A stretch of 63,867 nt of DNA, filler included, from Octopus bimaculoides (Eukaryota): the NCBI RefSeq assembly GCF_001194135.2. It is 6 parts of 5 records of this genome, joined end to end, with 100 filler letters (N's around TTAATTAATTAA, not from the genome) between each part and the next. Parts side by side here need not be neighbours in the genome. Positions count along the whole stretch, not along the records: positions 35,330 to 41,770 come from NC_068999.1; positions 41,871 to 58,334 come from NC_068987.1; 4 more parts are not named here. The stretch is one strand, 5' to 3'. Within the stretch, counting starts at the first letter, position 1; every line of letters starts with the position of its first letter. The position numbers and the translations under genes were made by a program. The notes below the pieces were generated by a model, which worked only from the letters and a program-made list of their open reading frames with translations, was not told the origin of the DNA and searched no databases. Shown here one piece after another: positions 37,345-49,589 of this stretch.

Positions 37345-38008
37345 NNNNNNNNNNNNNNNNNNNNNNNNNNNNNNNNNNNNNNNNNNNNNNNNNNNNNNNN
37401 NNNNNNNNNNNNNNNNNNNNNNNNNNNNNNNNNNNNNNNNNNNNNNNNNNNNNNNNNNNNNNNNNNNNNNNNNNNNNNNNNNNNNNNNNNNNNNNNNNNN
37501 NNNNNNNNNNNNNNNNNNNNNNNNNNNNNNNNNNNNNNNNNNNNNNNNNNNNNNNNNNNNNNNNNNNNNNNNNNNNNNNNNNNNNNNNNNNNNNNNNNNN
37601 NNNNNNNNNNNNNNNNNNNNNNNNNNNNNNNNNNNNNNNNNNNNNNNNNNNNNNNNNNNNNNNNNNNNNNNNNNNNNNNNNNNNNNNNNNNNNNNNNNNN
37701 NNNNNNNNNNNNNNNNNNNNNNNNNNNNNNNNNNNNNNNNNNNNNNNNNNNNNNNNNNNNNNNNNNNNNNNNNNNNNNNNNNATATACACACAATTTAAT
37801 GTGCACAATTACAAAAATGCTGCTAATAGTTTCATGCTTTAAGACACATTAACACGGCAGATTTATCATATTCATACACGTCATGTATCTTCAAGCAATC
37901 TTTCAGGCTCAGTTCAAAAATTTAGATGTATTTAAAAACCAAGACACTAGTCTATGAGAAAACGAGAACAAAAAAGTACGAAGAAAGTTTATGCAAAAAC
38001 TGGAATGA

Positions 38009-38053
<45 letters not shown>

Positions 38054-38057
38054 AGTA

Positions 38058-38105
<48 letters not shown>

Positions 38106-39059
38106 AAAGCAAGATCTTCGTCCTTTTTATCCGCCGAAAACATAATTAATGTAGCTGGTGCAGAATAATATAACAGAGAGGAGCTGCTCCACAGCGGGTG
38201 GTGTTCTCCAGTTCGACAAAAGAAACCCAACAATATACTTGCATTTCCTAAAATTTTCGGATCTGGAATCAAGAAGTGTGGTGAAATCCTTGTGCCTAAA
38301 AAGAATGTGCATAACTTGCATCTCTTTGATTCATTTAAAATCGCCGTAGATTTAGTTACTTGATTGTATGTGGTGTGCAGTTAGTCTTTAAATCCCATAT
38401 ATGGCTAGCCGGCTTAGCGGCCTTAATTTTATCAATGTGTCGGAAAGAAGACTGATAATCTCAACCTGGTATATATGCATACATATGTGTGTGTGTGTGT
38501 GTGTGTGTGTTATATATTATATATATATACATATATTCATGCATATATATATATATGTTCATACATATATATGTATTCGTACATACATGCACGCATACAT
38601 ACATACATACATACATACATACATACATACATACATACATACATACATGCATATTTACATACATGTGGGGTTGATTTTAAATTTGTTTTGCAAGGGAGGT
38701 GTTGTGAAAACCAATATTATTCTATTTGAGAAGAGCCATAATTGATAAGTCCTATAAACACACTAGTTGAAGCTTGTCTATATTTCACACATCTTTTCTT
38801 TTCCAATATGTAGATTTCTCAATGTGCATACGTTTCTTTTTTTTTTTTTTTTTTTTTTTCTTTTAAATAGTTGATTTTGAAAGTGAGGTTTGTGGTATTG
38901 TTAAATTTCTAGGGCTGCAAGTACGCTAGCTGGTGTTTTTGCTTACTTAAACCCCATTCTTTTTTTTTCTTTTTCTTTTTCTTTTTTTTTTTTTCCATCA
39001 TCAGAACCTGTGTGTGTGTGTGTGTGTTTCTTGACTTCAGTAATTTTTAAGATTTATTT

Positions 39060-39440
39060 TATCCTCACTGCTTTATTATTCTGGTAGTTGGTTGTTAACC
39101 CATTCGTTCTTCATATTAACTGTGAGGATAGGGCCTAACTCCTGTATCTATAAAATTTCTGTAAACTGTTGTATAGTTGGGTCGATTTGGTTTCAAAATT
39201 TTTAATAAAGACATTGCGTTTTCGTATGGCATGTTGATAGACTATGGATGTTTGATTGCTTTCACTGTAGTCTCTCCAGGGCTATGTAATTCTTACACGT
39301 AAGCTGTGTGATGTGTCTTCTAGAGAGTTTGTGGTGGTAGTTCTACATTGTCTCTCCAGGTATTTCATGTGGTACACAGCGTCTCTAGTTTTGCAGTTTA
39401 TTTCGGAGTTTAAGTTCAAATCATTCGAGCACCACAGCAT
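39060..39440 (-). mobile_element. Penelope-like GIY-YIG fragment
   Basis: INCKTRDAVYHM...SLRVRI...TSIVYQHA on the minus strand, decayed. Confidence 0.45.
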
Positions 39441-40869
39441 GTTTTCTATATTGAGCATCTCTTCCTCTCATCTTTTGACTGTATATGTGTGTGTATGCAT
39501 ATAATATATATATATTGTACATATATATTATATATATATACAGATATACATACATATATATATGTGTGTGTGTATGTGTGTGTGAGAGTGTGTGTCTGTG
39601 TGTATGCAGACATACGCATACAAATGGGCATGTGTGTGTGTTTGTGTGTAGATTCGTGTGTGTGTATGTGTGCGTGTTTATGTCTGTGATATTCCTCTCG
39701 GTGGCCCTCGATACTAAGAATTTTCGCTGAATGTAAACTAATGTCATGACCTCAATGTATCACCTCAATATATTCTGCTGTCATTACATCAGTTAAATTG
39801 ACGTCATCACATCAATATATTTCGACATCATTACACCATTGTCAAACCGATCTTGACTCGGAATTACGTAATAATTGTCAAGTTCATTATTAGCAGATGG
39901 AATGTGCCAAAGGTCGAGGGTATGCAACCAGTAAATGGTTGCATAAAGACATTACATTAAGAAGGGGTTCCTTCAGCAGAAGAAAAAATTGTTGAGTGCC
40001 TTTTTCTTTCGTTCATTCACCCACTCGTAACTATCTGTCTGTCAGTCTATCTATCTGTTCGTCTATTTATCTATTCATCTATCTGTCTGTCTATATATAT
40101 ATNNNNNNNNNNNNNNNNNNNNNNNNNNNNNNNNNNNNNNNNNNNNNNNNNNNNNNNNNNNNNNNNNNNNNNNNNNNNNNNNNNNNNNNNNNNNNNNNNN
40201 NNNNNNNNNNNNNNNNNNNNNNNNNNNNNNNNNNNNNNNNNNNNNNNNNNNNNNNNNNNNNNNNNNNNNNNNNNNNNNNNNNNNNNNNNNNNNNNNNNNN
40301 NNNNNNNNNNNNNNNNNNNNNNNNNNNNNNNNNNNNNNNNNNNNNNNNNNNNNNNNNNNNNNNNNNNNNNNNNNNNNNNNNNNNNNNNNNNNNNNNNNNN
40401 NNNNNNNNNNNNNNNNNNNNNNNNNNNTTAAGATGAGAATATGTTAAAGTAAGTTTACAGCTGTTTCCGTACATCAGGCTGGGGTAAATATGTATTCACC
40501 TCGCTGCAATCGATTGACATCATCAGAACTAAAAAAGCAAAGATAAACAAAAGGAGAACAGAGCAAAAGAAAGTGTAAGGAAAAAAGAGGAAAAAGAAAA
40601 TGTTCAATAATTCGATAGTTTTACTATGCTTGCTATTTGCTTATAATTTTATTTAAGTCGAGAGCTAGACTACCAACTCTTTTAAATGCGATAAATTTCC
40701 CCTTTCGGTCTTATTGTTTTTCTATGCATTCTTCAAACCTATACATTACTCCGGTACATAGTCCATTTACACTCTTTATCGTACAGACTCTAGGTACAAA
40801 CTTTACCCTTATATTACGGCTTCCATTGAAAATATACGAACTAATTTACAACCTAGAAATTAGTATCGA

Positions 40870-41365
40870 ACAGACCATTGGATGTTGTTATATACCGCTA
40901 GTCACAAAGCACTTCCAATTCTGTCTTCATTGCACCATTCTTTTCCACCTTGATCCAAAATGCTTGACTAAATCGTCTTCCCATCGTCGTGGAGACCTTC
41001 CAAGTGGCTTTTCCAATCACTTGGATACCACTCGGCAACTGCACGGGTCCCACCTGTTGTCTGTAAACCTTATGTCCGGCCCACTGGAACTTGTGCTTTC
41101 GGTACTCCGCGATCACATCGTTCACTCAGCTCCGTTCTCGAATTTCATTTCCAATGTGCTCTCTTAATGATATTCCTTGCATGGATCTTTTCATGGCCCT
41201 TTGCGTCGTAGCCAATTGATGTTCTATCGTCTTCGTAGTAGTCCACGTCTCACTTGTGTTTAAGATCGCAGGCAGAGCGGTGCTATTGAAGAGTCTGACA
41301 CGGAAGGCATTGCCTAACATTGTTTGGAGCACATCTTTTATTGTGATAAACGCCTTTCGTCCTGC
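40870..41365 (-). mobile_element. RTE-clade LINE RT C-terminal fragment
   Basis: LFNSTALPAILNTSETWTTTK...QRAMKRSMQGISLREHI...KFQWAGH...GRRF. Confidence 0.85.
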
Positions 41366-41878
41366 CCTTCATACATACACAAACACACCACACATACACA
41401 CAGACACACTTAACTATTTTATATCATACACTATTTTAGTGCATTTAGTGTTATTTCAGTAAATGTTTGTTTTTGTAATTATTAATCATTCTTTCAAAAC
41501 ATCTATTAATATAAATGTTTTAAGATAGTGATCTGCAGAATCGTAAGGACTCCGCGCAAAATGCTTAGCAGCATATCATCCGGCTTTACGTTCTGTGTTC
41601 AAATTTCAATGAGGTCACCTTGGCTTGCCATACTTTTGTGGTCGAGAAAAATAAGTACAATTTGAACACTGAAGTCAATGCAATCGACTTACCCACCCCG
41701 TAGAAATTGCTGGCCTTGTGCTAAAATTGATCTGTTATTTTTAATTATATTATATTATATATATATATATNNNNNNNNNNNNNNNNNNNNNNNNNNNNNN
41801 NNNNNNNNNNNNNNTTAATTAATTAANNNNNNNNNNNNNNNNNNNNNNNNNNNNNNNNNNNNNNNNNNNNTATTGTAG

Positions 41879-41945
41879 TGACGTCATATTGGCGCCAAAA
41901 AGCATAGGCGCCATTACTGAATCCTTAACTACGCATGCGTGGGTT
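41879..41945. promoter_or_regulatory. Promoter-like motif cluster upstream of the PLP-enzyme gene
   Basis: CRE TGACGTCA (41879-86), palindromic TTGGCGCCAA (41889-98), GGCGCCAT (YY1-like), ACTACGCATGCGT (41928-40). Motif-only evidence. Confidence 0.5.
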
Positions 41946-42820
41946 TCAACATCGAAGCGTTCCCGCTATTAGACTGTCTCTTACCAAGCCTGACAGCGAC
42001 CAAGCAAGACGTCTAAGCAAGCTCTCCCATTTGAGTGTGGTTGAACCAAGTTGTCTCTATAACGGCACCAGCTCGAAGAACCGTACATCTACATTTCAGG
42101 CTACTCTAAAACCGGACAATTAGAAGCTGTTTTATTTTTCCACCGTACAATAAATATTTGTTGTTGTTGATCAGTTTGGAGTTTCTGCGTTCAGTTCTCT
42201 TCCAATTTAATGTAGGAAAGTTAGGTGTATATCTAAAGATATATAACCCACTCTCCTAAAATATAAAACCGGATAGGCAGGGAATGGTATTGAACTTTTT
42301 GCGTATCTTTTGCTTGTGCTTGAAGACATGGTGCTTGAAGTCATAACGTTCTTCTTTCTGTGACCCATATCGGTATTGGTTTGTCTTGCCATGGTTTGCC
42401 TTTGGATCATGCCATTAGGGCAGACAGGGTCTGTGAGGTGTTCTCCAAACATTATTAAGCCTAAAATTTTAGGTTGCGTGATCACCGGCAAGGAAACTTT
42501 CCGATGTTCGGTCGAGTAGGAGGGGAGCATGGCGAGCATAGAAGCCTCGGACGCAAGCTCTGATGAAGCCGACCCGGTTGCGATAACCTCATGCACAGGC
42601 ATTGTTGACATCATAGATATCAGCTGATTGTTTACAGTCTCTTAAATCTGAGTTGTATTTTAGCTGTGGTACATATGTGAGAAGTGATCTTTTTGTGTAC
42701 AAAATACTGCGAGGAGGGCAAGAAGTATGTTTAATGTGATGTGTGTTAGATGTGAAGTGTATCGCACGAGAAATGTGAAACCCTTGGGATGTGTCTAAGT
42801 AGGTGTGCGCGCACCCCCAC

Positions 42821-42866
<46 letters not shown>

Positions 42867-43589
42867 GGAAATAGAGAAATACAATTGACATATTAACAAT
42901 TTATTTACATTATAATATAATGTAATATAATATAATATAATATAACAAATAATTAAAACAAATATAAATCCAACAATTCACCAGTGAATTTTTTAAAATT
43001 CACATTTATGCATATCAGTCTCCTCAGGGTGATATTTGTTCAAAAAATAGACAACAATCCCGAGCAAGGACTGTTAAATTATAAAAGAGACTGATTTAAA
43101 ATATGTTTACAAGCATGAGCGTTAATAATTTTAAAATATGATAAATGCAATAAAAATAAAAACAAAATTCAAATAGATAAAATGATTAGGTAAAAAAAAT
43201 TTACAACGGTCCTTATGGATCACTAATAATATTAATCTAAAGATATTTTAATCGAAAAGAATCACTGGCCATTTTATTATATAATAAGATCTATATAATA
43301 TGTTAAAAATTTATTGTGCACTAAGAAATATATTTTATCTGAAATTACTATATACTATGTTGAAAAAAGAAATAAATAAGGATATATTTCATTCAGAAAA
43401 AGAAATTTTCATCAACGGTTTTATCTTTGGTGGCAAATTGTTTTCAATGTTTTAAACAAAAAATTATGAACATAGAAAAAAATATACACTAATCTCTATA
43501 AATTCAAGCTGTTGTATGTATGTAGTATGTCTATATTTTTGTATGCAGTGTAAATTAACCAAATATAAGCAAATTGTTAATACCTTGAA

Positions 43590-43790
43590 ACCAGATTACA
43601 AGTTCAGGTTTATAAATGTAATTATTGGGGAATAGGATATGTAACACACTGCCTAAATACCAATCTTGAGAAATTAGGCTTCTCAAAGCCAGAAAGGAGA
43701 AAGCTGATTCGACAGATCCAAGCCATCACTGGAACTGTAAAAATCTGTAAAACTTTCCAGAAGTTTATCATTTAAGTATATATGAGCATG
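43590..43790 (+). mobile_element. LINE C-terminal fragment (clade uncertain)
   Basis: TNLEKLGFSKPERRKLIRQIQAITGTVKICKTFQKFII, then a (catacata)n tail region. Confidence 0.4.
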
Positions 43791-44081
43791 TTTAGATATG
43801 CAATTTTATGCATGAGAAGACATACATAAAAGAAAACACATAAATCTGCACACATACATACATACATACATACTTACATACTCTGTCGATCTAGTTAGAA
43901 ATCTAGTTAGAACCCGACTCTTTCTCTATTGGCAAGAAATCTTGAAATAAAACAGAATAATGACATGCATGCATACATACACATACACACACATACATGC
44001 ATACATACATACATACATACATACATACATACATACATACATACGGTTATTATGTATTATTTATTATTTTAATATTTCCAG

Positions 44082-44433
44082 ATCTATTTGAAGCTCGAGA
44101 ATCTACACCCTGTTGGATCATTCAAGATACGCAACGCTTTTTGTAGCTTCAAAAACCTTCCTCCGAATACCAAAGCTGTGTACACTGTAAGCACGGGTAA
44201 CTTTGCTCGTGCCGTCGCATGGTTCGGCAGAAGAAACAACATCAAATGTACAATCCTAGTTCCAGATCATGCACCAAAATGCAAAACAGACGCTGTTGAA
44301 AAGTTAGGTGCTGACATAGTAAGGATTGAACATAAAGAATGGTTTGAAATCATAGCTGGTCGCAAGACTTATGAGAAAGGAGAAAACCTTGGTGTTTACT
44401 TACATCCAGAATTTGATAGGAATGTTCTCGCAG
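44082..44433 (+). CDS. PLP-dependent serine/threonine dehydratase / serine racemase-family enzyme, exon with the PLP lysine
   Basis: ttccag| ... g|gtattt. IYLKLENLHPVGSFKIRNA (SFK Schiff-base motif), VSTGNFARAVAW, PDHAPKCK, HPEFDRNVLA(G). Confidence 0.93.
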
Positions 44434-44504
44434 GTATTTCTACATATCCTCTTTGTTGTTGTTGTGGCTGCTGCTGTTGTTGTTGTTACTGTGGTGGTGG
44501 TTAA

Positions 44505-45135
44505 GGTGGCGAGCTGGCAGAAACGTTAGCGAACCGGGCGAAATGCTTAGCGGTATTTCGTCTGCCGCTACGTTCTGAGTTCAAATTCCGCCGAGGTCGA
44601 CTTAGCCTTTCATCCTTTCGGGATTGATTAAATAAGTACCAATTACGCACTGGTGTCGACGTAATCGACTTAATCCCTTTGTATTTCCTTGTTTGTCCCC
44701 TCTGTGTGTAGCCCCTTGTGGGCAGTAAAGAAATAAGAATCGTTAGCACTACGGACAAGATGCTTAGCGGCACTTCGTCCGTCTCTACATTCTGAGATCA
44801 AAATCCACCGAGGTTGAGTTTGCCTTTAATTCCTTTTAGGGTCAATAAAATAAGTACCAGTTCAGAACTGGGGGTCGATGTCATTCAGGCGTTGTGCGTA
44901 TAGTAGAAAGGATAATTATCATTGTTATTGTTGTTGTTAAGGCGATGAACTGACAGAATCGTTACCATGCCGGACAAAATACTTTGTGGTATTTCCTCCG
45001 ACTCGTTTCGTTTTGTGTTAAAATCGCCGAGGTCTTTGCATTTAGTTCCTTTCGGGGTCCATAAATAAGTATCAGATGAGCTCTGAGATTGATGTAATCG
45101 CCTAACTTCCTCCGGCTCTATTGGCCTTGTACCAA
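44505..45135 (+). mobile_element. Three head-to-tail SINE family A copies
   Basis: Head motif repeated at ~44505, ~44740 and ~44940. Confidence 0.8.
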
Positions 45136-45291
45136 AATTATTATCATTATATTCTCTGCACTGTATAGTTGTCGTTTTTCTTCTATCTTCGAAGCAATTT
45201 ATATAAGCATTACTAGATGAAACTATAACCACGTCAGGAAAGCCAGTTCTCGATATCCAGTTCTCGATAACCACAACTGGTTCCTACTGGC

Positions 45292-45401
45292 TGGTCGTAA
45301 GTCAATCTGGTCGTAAGTCGATTTGGACGTAAGTCGATTTGTACGTAAGTCGATTTGTACGTAAGTCGATTTGGTCGTAAGTCGATTTGGTCGTAAGTCG
45401 G
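45292..45401. repeat. 16-bp tandem repeat, 7 copies
   Basis: GTCGTAAGTCGATTTG-like units starting at 45294, 45310, 45326, 45342, 45358, 45374 and 45390. Confidence 0.92.
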
Positions 45402-46990
45402 CCTATAAGCCTATACATAGATTTGTTTTGTATATTTACATTATTAAGGTACATTCTCAGGTAAAAGTCACACATAGCATTCTGTATACTATTATACTAG
45501 CGTTAGTAAAAAATTTTGGAGTTTCAAACTGTCGTCTTATAAACAAATACGAGGTTGCCTCCATGTTTCCGCGACAGGATATTCATCCAATACTTGGGAT
45601 AATCACAGTGGCGATCGATAACCAAACCGATGTGAAGCGTTTGTTAGCTGACATCATCCGTAGATGGATTAAACCCATTAGATTTCAACTGGACTATTTA
45701 TAGCTGCCGGGAGGTGGCGGGCCAATCGTCGTAAAGTCGATCGGTCGTAAGTCGGATACGACAAAAATATTTATGTCACGTAGCTCAAACTGCAATAGCA
45801 GTCGAAGCAAAATAAAGTAACACAGAATCAAAACATACAACTGAAAGTATGAAAAGAAGGAAAAATGAAGTTTAGTGAATGATTAATAGATAAAATAAAA
45901 ATAATATCCCGAATACATAAATAAGTATTTTCGAACGTAGAGATAGTTACAACACAAACAACAGTGGTGACTCTCGCACAGAATCAAACACTGTAATCCG
46001 TTCACATAGTAGTTATGTAAAAAGAAACCGTCCCTTAATAGTAAATGAACAAATAGAATTTCTATATCATCACAGTTACTAGAAAAAATATAGCAGGGAG
46101 AATTTTGAAACTAATAAAAAGGAAAGTAAAGAGAAAAATATCTGTTCTTCCTAAAGGATGGTTGTGGTTTAAATCTGTCCTCACGACATTAAATGCAAAC
46201 ATTTCTAAAGCAAAATGGTAAAAATAATGGCACTATCTGCTGTACTTTCAAAGTAAAGATCCAGCGGAAACACAGGCTGAAATTATCAGACATATCTCTG
46301 ACTATACATTGGTGCCCCAGTACATGGATCAGAGAAATACAAGAGTAACGATAAGAGACTTGGGAAACAACGTTGATCCATGGCTAGAAATTACTTTTGT
46401 ATCGCAGTAAAGGCGGGTGATCAAAGAAAGGCTAACTATAAGTGATAAGTCGTCAGGTGGCGTCAAAATAGATTTTCAAATCCTAATGATCTCCGAGAGC
46501 AACAAAGCTGTACCGGAACAGTGCCCAGTTAAAATCGCCTGGACAAAAAGCATGAGATTGGTAAACAAGAGTCAAAAGCCAAATTGAGTGTGCAACATTG
46601 TCTTTTGTGAATGTAGATCTGTGTTTGTATACTACATCAGTTTTGCGTTGTTATAAATGTTATCTTGTTGCATCTGGTGCTATTTTGATGTTTCTTCTGT
46701 TACATAGAGCACATGCAATGTGAGTTGTGTTATTTTTTGGGGTATTGGTTTTCTTTCATATGTGCTGTGTTGTTGGTATTATATATTTCAGTATGGACGG
46801 TTATTGTGTAAAGTATGTGATGTGTAGTTTGTATAGCATAAATGAGTTGCGGAAATACAAAATGTGAGTTGCGTAAGCTATTGGTGTTGGCACCCATTAT
46901 CGGTTTTGTCGGAGTGCACAAGTGGCCGTTGATGTTGCTGGGTATATGATGTGGGAGTTATTTTAGTTAGTTGATGATTATTCTATAGGG

Positions 46991-47233
46991 AGTGGTTCTC
47001 AACCGGGTTCCACATGACCCTTGAGGTGAAGATCCATATAAGATTTTGCTGTTAAAATTTATGTACTAAATACACAAAATATTTTCACAAATTTTTCCAT
47101 ACAATTCCTAATAATATTTAATTATAAAAATATAAAGGGAGTTTTTTTTTAAACATCGAATGTTTATTAGGGTCCAGGAGAGTAAAATAGAAATCAAAGG
47201 GATTCACAGGCAAAAAGTAGTTGAGGACCACTG
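46991..47233. mobile_element. hAT-type MITE
   Basis: TIRs AGTGGTTCTCAAC / GTTGAGGACCACTG; imperfect 8-bp flanks CTATAGGG / CTATTGGA. Confidence 0.75.
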
Positions 47234-47289
47234 CTATTGGATATGTGGTGTTTGCAGAGAATGTACTGTTTGAACTACATAAGTCTTTT

Positions 47290-48720
47290 GCGTATGAAGT
47301 GGGCTGTGTCTAGTAGGGTTATATTTTGGATAGTGTATAACGTTCTGAGCCCTGATACTGTTTCTATATTTTTGTTCATATTTTAACATATATTATACTC
47401 TGATTATTACCCTTTTAGTTCTAGCTATTTTGCCTTTTCTTAAAGTAAATTTGGCTCATTTGTCTAATTCCTTACATATTTCTATGCCTTGGCTGAATTT
47501 ATGAACAGTTTCTAGTAGATTTTCCAACTTGATATTATCTCTTGTATATGTCTTCAAATCCCCAATAGAGAAGTGATGACTTATAGCTTCTCAGAAGCAA
47601 CTGTATCCAACGGCAGATTCTTTCAATGGGATTATTAATTAAGTCAGAGCTAGGCGGATAATGAGTCTCTCTGGAAGAGTCCTCTTCTTGTGATATAGGA
47701 ATGTTTCTGTTTTCCCTTGGATTTGTAATGATATTGCTGTTTTCCATTTTGACCTGGAATTGAAACTATTTGAAACTATTTCGTTAGTAGTGAGACTACT
47801 TTATTTCTGAAATTTTGGCACACGGTTAACAATTTCCGGGGAGGGCATAGGACGATTACATCGAGCCCAGTGGGGCTTGTTTTATAGATCCTGAAAGGAT
47901 GAAAGGCAAGGTCGATCCCTGTGGCATTTGAACTCAGAATGTAAAGTCAGAAGAAATACCGCTAAGCATTTCGCCCGGCGCGATAACTATTCTGCCATTT
48001 CGCCGCCTTTTTCCTTCAAAATAATAAGCAGCTCGTTGTATTGTATAGCTGTAAGAACTTAGTATATTATGATGAAATCTAGTTACAAAACTACTAATAT
48101 TTTGGCTGTGTTATTTTTGTTTTTCGGGATTAATGTCGCTTTCTTCACCGGCATTAAAGTTGATTCTGGTCTGCTTATGACTTCATTAAATTCTGCGGAG
48201 ATGAATGTTTCAACTAGAAATAGAGAACTTTGTCAATTTCAGGCACTATGTTTCTGTTTGCTTGTAACTCTCAACGTGCCGATGTTTTCTTCGTCGGTTA
48301 TGATGGACAATGCTTGTGGTGCTTCTATATCTTTTATCTTCTCTTCTGATCCGTTGTGCATTTTTATTATGTTCATTGTCATTACTCCATATTTCCTCCC
48401 AAATACACTTGAACTTCCGTTGATGTCGATGTGTGTGTATGTTCTAGTGTTATGTTATTATTTTTTTCCCTTCCGTTTGTGTGTCTAGAGGAGCTTTTTG
48501 TGTTTGATTGAAATACTTTATTTTCCAGGAAGAAATGTCCGCATAATTCGAAACGATTTCTTCTCCATATTTTTGCTGCTATACTTTATTTAAACTGTTA
48601 TTTTGCACTTAAAGAACCTGTCATTTTTTTTCATATTGTAATTTTTTTTATTTGAGACCTTCGTTTCTTTTTTATGAGGGATCTTTCCTTTTCCATTTCA
48701 CTAAGTAAGGACAAATTCTC
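47290..48720 (-). mobile_element. R4/Dong-like (REL-endonuclease) LINE remnant, copy 2
   Basis: EVQVYW/EEIWSNDNEHNKNA and terminal IQNITLLDTAHFIRK; interrupted by a SINE at ~47815-48008. Confidence 0.55.
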
Positions 48721-48752
48721 TCTTTTTTTCCTCAATTATATATATATATATA

Positions 48753-49480
48753 CTAGATGTATCCGCCGTAACTCCCTGGGTCCACTCCAAGTTGGAAATG
48801 TCGATGCGCAGCGGGAAAGGAAAAGATACTATTTCAAACCTAATGCAATAAAATTCTTAAATAATACAGTTCCCCTGCTTTTGATGTGACAACATAAATA
48901 CGACCAAGTGTTTCTTTGAAAACATTCAAATGGCCTCCAGCTTTTCTTCCTCGCTTTCTTCTTTGCCATTCTTTGTTACTGCTGTTCCATGTGAGATACA
49001 TGGGTACTTCAGCATAAAGTAATGTTTTTGCAAAGTCATCATTGATGCATAATGAAAACAATGATGTCAATGTTGTTCTCATGTCATTCATTGACAGCCG
49101 TATATATCCTCATCATTTCTAAGTGATATTCTTTCTTCATCTGGTAGATGAACTTGCAGTCTTACTATTGCTGGTGCTCTTTCATGAACTGAAAATCCTA
49201 AAATGGATGCAGCTGCTTCGGATGGTCCAGTTTACCTACCCATTAGATATTGATTAATTTCGTTATCATTGTTCATTTGAACAGCAGCTTGGTCATTTCT
49301 TTTCAGAGTGTACTTGAAGACGTACTTAATTGACTTCACTGAGGCAATGATTTCAATGTTGCAGTGGCATTTGGATGCTCTTAAAAGAGTTTCATTATAA
49401 GGTACAACCCATTTGTTGTTTGTTTTTCCATTCTTATAAGATTCAACTCCTCCCATTGCAAGTGATCTATAATGAGATAG
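48753..49480 (-). mobile_element. Internally deleted Helitron (RepHel fragments with 3' CTAG end)
   Basis: NNKWVVPYN...HCNIEIIASVKSIKYVFKY and LLYAEVPMYLTW...LGRIY...GELYYLRILLH; ends CTAG|T at 48753. Confidence 0.88.
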
Positions 49481-49589
49481 TCTCTCTGTCTGTTTTTTTC
49501 CTGCCTTTTGATTAAGATGATAAAGACTAATATTTTTAATTAAAAAAATTCAAGTACTTGTGTTCCTTGGTGTGTGCACTGTTTTGTTT

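Noticed and set aside
39921-39945. Perfect 9-bp hairpin (similar 8-bp one at ~13955-13979)
   Set aside because: Isolated short inverted repeats are expected by chance in 64 kb; no supporting context.
41935-42123. ORF as N-terminus of the PLP enzyme (LTKPDSDQARR...)
   Set aside because: Weak resemblance and no phase-0 donor to join exon 44082.
45292-45401. CRISPR-like appearance of the tandem arrays (also 12470-12830, 55990-57290)
   Set aside because: No constant repeat with unique spacers, no cas genes, eukaryotic intron context.
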